DNA from: Lytechinus pictus | Taxonomy: Eukaryota | DNA: 64,000 bases | Direction: 5' to 3' | Assembly (NCBI RefSeq): GCF_037042905.1 | Contig: NC_087251.1 | Span: 9,240,001-9,304,000 of the forward strand | In this document: in pieces, positions 25,401-35,747 of the stretch | Numbering within the stretch: position 1 is the stretch's first letter | Layout of the letters: each line of letters begins with the position of its first letter | Made by a program: the position numbers and the translations under genes | Notes under the pieces: generated by a model | Seen by the model: only the letters and a program-made list of their open reading frames with translations | Told to the model about the DNA's origin: nothing | Databases searched by the model: none

Positions 25401-27495
25401 AAGAGGTGGTAAACAGATGATAAGTGAGTAGATCCATGTGAGAGCAATAAAAAATACAGCCCAGTTATGGGTCATCTTCTGAGCAGTGAATGGTCTTACA
25501 ACCAGCATACATCGTTGAATTGAAAGGGCTGCCAGAATAACAATCTGCTCCGTCCCTACGTGGAAATTAGGATTATAATGAATATTTGTTATCTGGTTAT
25601 TGGCAATAGGAGGCATATCGACCTTTTTTAATGGATAACGACTTTACATATCTCAAACTGATATGGGAGTAAACTGTTAGTTGCCATGGTAAAGACTAAA
25701 ACGGGGGAATAACGATTCAATTTACGTCTCCAAGGCACTCACTCGGTGACTGCGTTGAAGAAATTGATTTTAATGACTCTTTAAAAAATATTATTCTCAA
25801 AGTTCTTAATTTCGAACAATATAACCCAAAGTTCCAAATTCAAGAATACATGCTGTGAAATTTCATTTGTATAAAAGTCTCCAAATAGACACAAAATCAT
25901 ACAAGCTTTAAAAGTAATCCCATAATGGAATATCAATAAGTTGTTTCAAGCCTGTTCTAAAATAAACATAATAAAAGAAACATACCAGGGGAAAAAAACG
26001 TAACTTGATAGATTTACTTGTTATTTCACGTTTTCATGGAAAATTAATACAAAGATATAAGCTTTCTGAGAGTATATCAGATTATTATGTCTTGATTTGC
26101 ATCGACGATATTTATAAATCTCGCGTATAGAAAATAAATTTAAAAAAAATCTGTCACTGATAATGCAAGTTTTTTAAAGAAAAGCTGCCAGTATAAAATA
26201 AGGGAACTTTTGTATTATAAGATAAAGGAATTTTTTATCTTTCAACCCTGACAGTAATGGAATAGGGATACGATACTACGAAATTTTCAGAATTATGAAA
26301 TTCTGATATTTCATATTCAATACTTAAAAATTATCAGAAATAGGAACACACGTTTCAAAATGATAATATTTTTCTTTCTCCAAAATGAATAGGAATATTC
26401 CTATTTAAAAGTCAGGTCCACCTCAAAAACTTTTAATTTAAATCAATAGAAAAAATTCAGACAAGCATAATGCTGAAAATTTCATCAAAATCGGATGTAA
26501 AATAAAAAAAAGTTATGACATTTTATAGTTTTGCTTATTTTTAACAAAATAGTCATACGCACAATTTAGTCACATGCAAATGAAAGAATCGATGATGTCC
26601 CTCACTCAATTTTTCTTTTGTTTTTTATTGTTTGAATTATAGGATACTTGGTATTTCAATTTTCACAGATTTGACAGTAAGGATCAACTTGACAGAACCA
26701 TAAATGTAAACAATAGTAATTCCACATGTTCAGGGAGAAATAAAACTTTGTTTCACAGGAAAATGAGGAGAAAATAAGAATTTTCATTCTTCATATAATA
26801 AAGTACAAAAAAGTGAGTGAGTGATGTCATCAGTTCCCTCACTTGCATACCGACCGGGATGTACATAACTATTTTGTGAAATTGAGCGAAACTTAAAAAT
26901 GTCATAATTTTCTTAGTTTACATCCAATTTTGATTAAATTTTCATTGTTATGCTTGTTGAGTTTTTTTCTTTTTATTCAAATAAACTTTTTGTTGGAGTG
27001 GACTTGTCCTTTAATAGGAATAACTGGACTGAACTTACCAGCAACAAAAACTAAGAATGCATAAAGGGTACATCCCAAATCTCCAAAGAGCCATCGACCT
27101 GCAAAGTTTGAGGCGAAAGTGAAGGGTGAGGCCAGGCACGAGATTATGAGATCACTTAAACTGACATTAAAGAGAAAGCTATTGATAGGATGCCGTAATG
27201 ATGGATATCTAGCAAAGAGAACCATCACCAAGCCGTTGTTGAGTATCCCGAAGATGGTTAGAAAACCTGTGTAGACTGTGAGGTAGTTATACGTTGACCT
27301 TGAAACAGGCACCACCAGGCTGCTTGGACCAAACGTAGAGGGCGGCGTCGCGTTTCCTATGCCGCTGAAAGCGTTGACGGTTGTCAATACATCTGTCATA
27401 AAATTCGACATTGAAGTCGATTTAAGCGTTGAAGTCCACGGTGATGATCCAGGAAAGGATGGTGTCGAGTTCATATTTGGGGTTGAATGATTCAT
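22060..27495 (-). CDS. Opsin1: Ciliary-type opsin (echinoderm Opsin1-like, encephalopsin/TMT/c-opsin group); 5 coding exons: 27495-27039, 25555-25361, 23610-23477, 23056-22817, 22488-22060; 484 aa
   Basis: The exons join in frame through GT-AG introns (phases 1,1,0,0; 457+195+134+240+429=1455 nt). 7TM class-A GPCR with TM1 GILNN, TM2 LSD, C110 in GCTLY, GWNSYTYEGPGTAC (E181/C187), TM6 WAPY, TM7 FFAKLCTIHNPIIY (K296-equivalent Lys), then the c-opsin NKQF and a CC pair at the rhodopsin palmitoylation position. Confidence 0.95.
22817..23056 (-). CDS. Opsin1: Opsin coding exon 4 (IL3-TM6-TM7, retinal-binding Lys)
   Basis: Acceptor gcgatatag|ATA, donor CAG|gtgaga; encodes ISQTQAAMSSEAKADRKVTKM...FFAKLCTIHNPIIYFLLNKQ. 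Confidence 0.95.
23477..23610 (-). CDS. Opsin1: Opsin coding exon 3 (EL2-TM5)
   Basis: Acceptor tctcatctag|CT, donor AAAAAA|gtaatt; encodes ACSIAW...IPFTIIIFSYGLLVYAVKK. Confidence 0.93.
25361..25555 (-). CDS. Opsin1: Opsin coding exon 2 (TM3-TM4-EL2)
   Basis: Acceptor tttccacgtag|GG, donor ACGG|gtaatc; encodes GTEQIVILAALSIQRC...PPLFGWNSYTYEGPGT. Confidence 0.93.
26409..27010. mobile_element. Long-TIR MITE with TTAA flanks (Kolobok-like), copy 1, in opsin intron 1
   Basis: TTAA|aagtcaggtccac...gtggacttgtcct|TTAA; largely palindromic; homologous to copies at 52529 and 53210. Confidence 0.85.
27039..27495 (-). CDS. Opsin1: Opsin coding exon 1 (N-terminus to TM3)
   Basis: ATG at 27495 (MNHSTPNMNST..., several N-x-S/T sequons); donor GCTG|GTAAGT after 27039. 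The start codon is uncertain because an in-frame ATG also lies at 27603. Confidence 0.9.
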
Positions 27496-27554
27496 CACAA
27501 TAGATCCAATGATATTAGACTGCAAAAAAAAGCAGGGTTGCAACAATGTAAAAG

Positions 27555-27712
27555 TCTTTGGAATTAAGAGAAACGCTATATTGGTTGTCAAAACTGTCCC
27601 CATTGGCTCTTAACCCCCAACCACAACGCACAATGCTCGTACAAGGACTATCAAAATGGACCCCAAATAAGTAATCATCCTGATAATCTTAGAGTCCCAC
27701 TAAGAGGGGTTC
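27555..27712 (-). promoter_or_regulatory. Candidate opsin proximal promoter with clustered K50-homeodomain (Otx/Crx-type) sites
   Basis: TAATCA (27672), TAATCT (27684), TAACCC (27611), TAAGAG (27701 and others) and a minus-strand CCAAT (27602-27606) lie within about 220 bp of the ATG. Confidence 0.35.
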
Positions 27713-29006
27713 ACAGAGTATTTTAACTATACTAAAAATCATTACTAAAATACAATGGTTACTTTCATGCTACAATATGTGATTGGCAAACTTGCATCTT
27801 CCAGGAGAGCCTACCGAATACAATGACCAGTCTGCGATCTTATTGCTAAAATGGTCATAGAAGGTCATTTTTACACAGTAAAACGCTATTCAAATTTTTA
27901 TACAACGTTGTTTACTCTCTGCACCTTTCAGAAGTTGTTCAAAAGTTCAAACAACCATGCCTAATTCATTGAGAATTAAAATCATTGTTGTTTATGATTT
28001 TCTACACAATAGTTTTAACTGTTTAAACTACTGTAAGGTTCATAGTAAAGAGCATTGCATAAACATTTCAAACAACGTTTTTGTTATGAACAATATGAAA
28101 AAATCTTTTGATTTTTGTTTTTGCAAATACTTAAAAAACACATTCTTATAAGCAGTTAAGAACTTTCTCATAGTTATATGAGCGAAATTATCAATCATTT
28201 AATTTGATTCTGACATCTGAACAGTTTAGCGCGATCGATTTTGCCTTTCATTCAAATTGAAACGTGTTATCTAGCATCTGTTCAACATCCTGAACGGATC
28301 ATATCTCTTAACTCGTGATATATTTTTAGCAAATGTTATTCATAGATTATGGTTTCCCTTCATTCTGCTTTTTATGAAAAAGCATTATTTTGACGATGGA
28401 ATACACTAACGTTATTATGCAGACGAACGGAAGAGAGATAGGTGGAATATGAGAGATTGCCATTCAATTTCTGGGACACGATAGTTTCAACGTCTTGAGC
28501 ATTTGGCTTCGGCCAGAATTTTGCCCGAAGAGATGCTTATCTGCGTTACCTCTTATATCAAGTAACACTCGAGTTGGTATCCATCATATCCAAAATAAAT
28601 GTTCATTTGAATGAACAAATTAATTAATAAATATCACTGTTTTGCAATACTTAAGGGCTTTTATTGTCATTATCCATCCATATCTGCTTTACATATTATG
28701 AAATTAATAAATTTTATTGAATGAATACTATACATCTCTCGTTTATTGACAGCAGAGAGGTATTTTAATGCTGGTATCTACTTTATAGAGGAAACGGGAC
28801 AGAAAATCGTTCTACTTTCTTTTATTTGCCTATAGATGAGTTCGACTTCAGATTATGGCGGCCATAACGGGGTGGGGGTGGGGGAGGGAGGAGGAGAATA
28901 AAAGCACTTTCAATGTATTACGCAATGAACCAGGAGCGTTGCTATGTCAGTGCATGTCATTATCTTTCGTAAGGTATACTTGAATTACCCCAGTTAGAAA
29001 TTACCA

Positions 29007-29712
29007 TAAGTGGAGCGACTCTGGCAGTCTCGCCTGCATTACGCAATTCAATATAGCAGCAGTGCTGACATTGAAATGACTACAGAATAATAATTCACAA
29101 AAACACCATTCATGATGAAAAAATAGACTATGTTCACTGATCCTAAATGACATTTGACCTTGAGCATGTGACCAAAGACTTGTGCAAAACGATCAATTCA
29201 CATTTCATGAACTACATCCATAAACTTTCAAAGTTATGATGGAAATTCAACAAATACCCCAACACGGCCAAAGTTCGTTGACCTTGGTCATGTGACCTGG
29301 AACTCACTCAGGATGGTCACGGATGCTTGATTACTCTAGGTTTCATGAAAGTTATATCTATATACTTTTAGAGTTATATACAAGTATATTAAAAAACTTA
29401 ATATCTAAGTTCATTGACCCTAAATGACATTTGACCTTGGTCATGTAACCTGAAACTCAGGCAGGGAGTTCAGTAATACCTGATTACTATTATGTCCAAG
29501 TACACTGAACCAGATTAAAAAACTTTAAAAGTTTTGATGGAAATTAACGGATACCCCCAACATGGCCAAAGTTCATTGAACCTATATGACCTTTGACCTC
29601 GGTCATGTGACCTAAAACTCAGGTAGGGTGTTCAGTAATACTTGATTACCCTTATGGTTAAGTTTCATGAACTAGGCCCATATACTTTTGAAGATGATGA
29701 CATTTCAAAAAC
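29007..29712 (+). repeat. Interspersed repeat with internal degenerate tandem units rich in TGACCT
   Basis: Begins ataagtggagcgactctggcagtctcgcctgc; four units of gttcattgaccctaaatgac(c/a)tttgaccttggtcatgtgacctgaaactc. It ends just before the 3' tail of the LINE at 29725. Confidence 0.7.
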
Positions 29713-29724
29713 GATAAAATCTAC

Positions 29725-32700
29725 ATAATAATAATAATAATAGGCATTTATATAGCGCCATCTATCTAGAAGTATTCAATTCCGAGGCGCATAATACAAA
29801 AAAGTATAAGAGAGTTCGGAAGAGTGTCAAAGTGCCAATAACTAATACGGTTAGAAAAGATAAGACTTCAGTTTAGATTTGAAGCTATCTAGTGATGGTA
29901 TAATTCTTAAATTCAACGGCAAATTATTCCAGAGAAGGTGCTGAGGGAAAGAAAGCTCGCACATTATGCTACACTTGTCTTGGGAGTCTTAAGAAGTTGC
30001 TGGTGTGATGATCTTATAGGCAATGAGCTGGTGTATAAGGCATGACAAGGTCTTGTAGATATTTTGGTGCCATACCATTTAACACTTTCCAAGTGATAAG
30101 AAGTATTCTAAATTCTATTCGCTTCCGGATTGGCAACCAATGTAACTTTTTTAGAATTGGTGAAATGTTTTGATATTTTGAAAACCCTGGCAGCTGTATT
30201 CTGATCATACTGAAGTTTATTGACATTGTGTGAGGTTATATTAGAAAGAAGAGCGTTTCCAACATCTAATGGAGTTAGTACAAATGAGTGTATAAGAATA
30301 GCAGCAGACTTATGGTCAAGAACTTTCCTAATGCTGTTAACATTATATGAATATTATACTGTAGTATACTGATTGACATTATTTTCTTTTCATGTTCATC
30401 CATGGACATATTTTCATCATATACAACACCGATTTCGAACTGATGACAAAGCTTTACTCAAGGAGTCCCCGACCTGTATAGTGCGGTCCTTAATCAAATG
30501 ACTTTGTGATTTAGAACTAATAATCAATAAATCTGTTTTACTTTCATTTAATTTCAACTTACTATTTAACATCCATGACCGCATATCATCTATCGTATTT
30601 TGTAAATGAAACCTGGCAGACAACTCACTAGCAGGGTCAGTTGGATCAGGGACGTCCCTGGTTGGATCAAACGAAACATACAATTGTGTATCGTCCGCAT
30701 ACATGAATGTTTACGCCATGTTTATATGTGCAATTTTTGCCAGAGGACTAGAATAATGGCAAAAAACAACGGCCCGAGGACTGAACCTTGGGGCACTCGG
30801 AAAAGATGTTTAATAGGAAATGACACATTTTCACCGATCTTGACAACCTGTGACCTTTCATGAAGATAAGATGAAAACCAATCAAGTACAGCTCCTCCTT
30901 TGCCACAACATTTCAAACGATCCAATAGCAAGTCATGCATTGTCAACAGTATTAATGCTGACGGCAGATCAAGCAGGATGAAAACAGCCTCCTTGTCATC
31001 AACAGCACGAAAAATATCATTTGATACACGAACCAAAGCAGTTTCTACCCCATGACATTTCCTATATGCAGATTGAAAAGGTTCAAACAATTATTCATTG
31101 TCAAAAAATGGTCAGTAAAACGCACAGCCACAACCTTTCCAATATCTTTGACACAAACTTTAAATTAGAGACAGGTCTATCGTTTTTTAATTTCTCCGAG
31201 TCAAACGATGGTTTTTCAAGAGAGGAGTGACAAGTGTCTGCTTGAAATCATGAGGAAAATTACCAGTCTCAAGAGAAATGTTGACAATTTTTGTGATAAC
31301 TGGAAGCAACAGATTCATATGTTTCTTAAAGACCCAGATTGGAATTGGATCTAATGAGCATGATTTTGCAGGGTAAGAGGACATAATTGTCTTAACTTCT
31401 TTATCAGTTGTCATTTCAAATGTTTTCATTATAGGAGTGGCTGTATGTGAGGAGTCACTTTCTTCAACACTATGAGATGGGGTACCCTGCATTGAGTCTA
31501 AATTATCCCGGATAGTGGATATTTTTTATACAAAGAAATGACTGAAACGTTCTGCTATGTCTAATTGTGATATATTTTCCGGCAATTTTGGGTTGTTCTT
31601 TTGATGGAGAGCACTATCAATAACTCTGAAAAACTGTCCACTATCTTTACAATTTGACAGCTGTTCCTTCAAGTACTTTGCTTTGGCATCTTTTATCATA
31701 TGCCAAACTAAGAGGCGCTGTTTAGTAAAATTTTCTCTACTTATGTCTCTTCTCTCAGCTCGCCAACGCCTCTCAAGTCGTTTGCGCAAGCGTTATGCTT
31801 CCGCTATGTCAGATGAATACCAGACATTCCTCGGTCGGATTGTTACTTTACTTTTTGTTAATGGAGCATGTTTGTCCAAGATAGACTGAAGACTAGCATC
31901 ATATTGATGGACAAGAGTATTAACATCAGAAGTAGGATGTAAGAGAAGATGATGCAAGAATATCAAGAGCCAACTTTTCATGATTAATGGCCTTGAGCTT
32001 CGTGTATGAAATAACCTTTCTGTTTAGTTAAGTTAAGGTTTAATTAATTTCAAATTACAGTGTATTGCAGCATGGTCAGTGAGAAAAGATGACACCTCCA
32101 GAGCTCATCATCGGTACGCGTAATCCCAAAATCTATAATGTGACCAGTTTTATGAGTAGATTCATTTACGTGCTGTTTTAGGTTGAAAGACTCAAGTAAT
32201 CAAATAATTTTGTGTTCTCTTGATTAGCAGGATTATCCCAGTGAATATTAAAATCACAAACAGCAATCAACTTACTTGAAGTTGACATTAAGGATATTAG
32301 AAAATTAGAAAATTCATCAAATAAGACATTAAAACCTACTCTATTCTTTTGACTATACGGTGGTGTATAGATAACTACAAGCATAATATGAAATTTTGTT
32401 CCATCAAACTTCATAGAAACACTCATACTCTCAAAACTGGATGCAGTATCTTCCATTTGAATATATGTACTCTTGATTGAAGAATGGTGTATAATGGCAA
32501 CTCCTCCACCGCTACCAATGGAGCGAGGTACATGAATTAGATTAAATCCAGGTCAGTGGTGTTAATTCACCAATTCTGATAACCACGTTTCTGTTAAACA
32601 TATAAAGTCGATATATGTTTAGTTAGGTGATCAATAACAATATCTGTCTTGTTACACACTGATCTTTAAAGAAACCAGTGTCTACAACCCCTAAGGTTGA

Positions 32701-33310
32701 AGCTTCTCTTTTCTTTTTTGCCTTGGTTCCATCCACCTTTTCTTTAACGCCTTGTAAAGTTAAGAGCACCCCAAACCAAGGGAACGAATGTTTGCCCAGA
32801 CATCATTGGGGAGTTGATGTGCACAATTCAACTCTAAAAGATTGTCCCTAGAATACACATACTGACACTTATTAGGAATCAAATTTATATTTATTTCTGT
32901 GTTATTTTCACCACCCTTGTGACTACTGGAAAGAGGATCTGGGCCTGGGTTAGGGTGAATATCACCTGCAAGGAGCAATAGGGATATTCTCAAAGTAGCA
33001 CAAGAATAACTATAGTAGATAATAAACTTTCCAATATACTTGCACTCCACATGCCCTCCTGACAACCATTCAGTCCTCCCACAAAGACTGAACCTTATCT
33101 CTTTAGAATTAGGATCTGGTGGACAGACACTGAATGACAAAATAACCAACAATAGAAGACTTTGCAGCTTCATCCGATAAAAAGAAATATAGTAAAATTC
33201 AGATGAATTCAGAGAAGGTTGTGCAAGCTGCCTCTCAGCGCTAAGTCTATATCTATATCCACACAATAAGAGCAATTTCTCTATGTAATCAGCAAGATGT
33301 GTTCTCATCT
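29725..33310 (-). mobile_element. Decayed near-full-length L2/CR1-group LINE (frameshifted EN+RT) with a 2A-like N-terminus
   Basis: Collinear fragments: N-terminal ORF with GDIHPNPGP; RSVCNKTD and CLTETW (EN); DFNIHWD; LDKHAPL; KSCSLDPIP; FQSAYRKCHGVETAL; VPQGSVLGP; YADDTQLY; LHWLPIRKRIEF. The 3' end gcgcctcgg...tggcgctatataaatgcc(tat)n at 29725-29790 is an L2-type tail. Confidence 0.92.
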
Positions 33311-33855
33311 TTCATATCGGTGTGATAAAAATTGATTTCAATTTTGATTTAGATTATTTTCTTGTCAAATGTGAAATGTAATTGTTTACATGTTACTGAA
33401 CTATGATGCGAGGGTTGGTATAGTTTCCTTGTATTTTCGGCCAATCATAATGACCTTTGCTTAATGCCGAAAGCGTGTAGCCTCTTATGGTTATACTATA
33501 TTATCTACTATGCAATTTATAGTACATGTACTTTTTTTTACTATATTATCCGCCTCCCATAGGGTTCTTAATTTATCTTTCCAGACAAGTTAATCATATT
33601 CCGTCACTGTATTTTCCTGTCCATAAACACAATTTTTCTAAGTCTAAATCAAACTTACAAATTAATTTATTATCATAACACCCTTTCTTTCTCAATCTCT
33701 TAAACCTTGTTATATATCACATTTATTATCATCATTATTTTCATTTTAATTGATTGTTTCTGCAGCTTTTCATAAATTATACAAAGTAACAACGACAATA
33801 AATGATACATATATAATACATACATACATATACACATATATACATGTATATATAT

Positions 33856-33894
33856 AGCACCTAACAAGGTGGATACGTGCGTTATATCATTATT
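33856..33894 (+). mobile_element. Isolated 3' tail of the SINE family seen at 167-425
   Basis: agcacctaacaaggtgga matches 352-369 and is followed by a similar A/T tail. Confidence 0.65.
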
Positions 33895-34443
33895 TTTTAT
33901 ATATCGCATCTTCGTGTATTATATATATATTGGCAATGTTTGAACTAAACGACAAAAATAAGCGTGACTCTGTCTTCAAACTTTGGATAAAATGCAAGTT
34001 ATTATGACATTATTTATTTGAGGCAATATTTGAGGCGCCATTGTATCTCGTGGCAATACAATCTGTTTAGTGACAAATATATATTACTGAACGGTCGACC
34101 TTCGTCATTTGAGCGGATGAACTATTGATAATTATTCGAAGTACTATTACCATCGTAAATCCTATAAAGAAAGTGACTCCTTAAACTATTTTCCTAATGA
34201 ACCATAATGATACTCAATACTGATAAATCATTTGAATTATTCAGGCAGAACTGTTTTGCATTCAAACTCTTTTACCCCAGTGTCATCTTTCTACCAATAA
34301 TGAAATCTATCAGACGTCTTGTGGGGCATCTTGTGCTTTCCGTTTGCCATTATGCATGGTCGTGCATAATAGAGAGTTATTATATTACAGGACAGGAACG
34401 TTCCTGAGGTTTTAATTACTTGGTCTTGGTCTATAACTGTTCA

Positions 34444-34851
34444 GATAATGCCACATGGGCTAAACATATTTGGTCTACTATTAATTTGCTCTAATTGCCG
34501 TTGGGTTTCCACTTCGTCTACTAAATGAGACTTTGATATATTAAACTTTGATTCATTCATGTAATCTAAATGGTGTAAGACCAAATGGATATTAAATAAA
34601 ATAGGTATAGTCTAACTGGATATTAGACGATGCGGTAAATTGTCTGATTGATAATGCCACATGGGCTAAACATATTTGGTCTACTATTAATTTGCTCTAA
34701 TTTCCGTTTGGTTTCCACTTCGTCTACTAAATGAGACTTTGACATATTAAACTTTGATTCATTCATGTAATCTAAATGGTGTAAGACCAAATGGATATTA
34801 AATAAAATAGGTATAGTCTAACTGGATATTAGACGATACGGTAAATTGTCT
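34444..34851. repeat. 206-bp tandem duplication (2 copies)
   Basis: gataatgccacatgggctaaacatatttgg... starts at both 34444 and 34650, with few mismatches. Confidence 0.9.
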
Positions 34852-34982
34852 AAATAGCCATTAGGATAAACGGTTACGAGACGAATCTGCCATAGACGTA
34901 TACTAGGATTGGACCATGTGGGATGAGAATACATGGAAAATAGACCAAGCGAGTATTGTAGAGCAGCAACAAAATGAGAAAA

Positions 34983-35017
34983 AGTAGAAGTAGTAGTATA
35001 GTAGTAGTAGTAGTAGC

Positions 35018-35070
<53 letters not shown>

Positions 35071-35110
35071 AAGTAGAAGAAGAAGAAGTAGTAATAGTAG
35101 TAGTAGCAGT
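34983..35110. repeat. (TAG)n microsatellite
   Basis: Direct inspection. Confidence 0.95.
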
Positions 35111-35111
35111 A

Positions 35112-35335
35112 TACTGCAAAACTTTGGTGTTGATTTAACACCAGCTCGGAATTTATATATGTCCACACCAGAGAAGTATTGAAATAACACCAGTTTGGAA
35201 TCAAACCGATGCTGTTTTAATACTAATTGGTGTTGTATAAATACCTATCTGGTGTTAGACCAAAAGGAAACAAACTGGTGTGGACATATGTAGATTCCGG
35301 GCTGGTGTTAAATCAACACCAGAGTTTTTGCAGTG
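35112..35335. mobile_element. MITE with CACTGC-type termini and 2-bp TSD (EnSpm/CACTA-like), copy 1
   Basis: ta|tactgcaaaactttggtgttgatttaacaccagc...gctggtgttaaatcaacaccagagtttttgcagtg|ta. Confidence 0.8.
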
Positions 35336-35457
35336 TAGTAATAGAGGTAGTCTGAATAGAAGTCATTGATTCAACCTGACTAGAATGTTTTCAGATGATT
35401 AATGGTTTGATTAATCCAAGGACATTGTATCATCATGGCTTAGTAGAGTATATCAAT

Positions 35458-35747
35458 CAGTGGTGTAAGATAGAGGGCTTGGGGCGCTTGCCCCCCCCCC
35501 CCCGAATTTTTCAAGACCAAGAAAATAAAAGAGAAGAGGAAAGAGAGATAAGGGTGACAAAATATATCATTTTCTGAATATTATGTCATAATCTATAACA
35601 AAACTGGATATTGTTGACAATTTTCCTGCTCGCTTCGCTCGCTCGCAACTTTTTAAAAAAATTTTGCCCGATGCGCCATATCTGCCCCTCATTTTTTTAT
35701 TTTATTATTATTTTTTTTTTTTTTGGGGGGGTGTCATTACACCACTG
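35458..35747. mobile_element. MITE with CAGTGGTGTAA termini
   Basis: cagtggtgtaa...ttacaccactg; a degenerate relative is visible at about 20540-20800. Confidence 0.7.
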
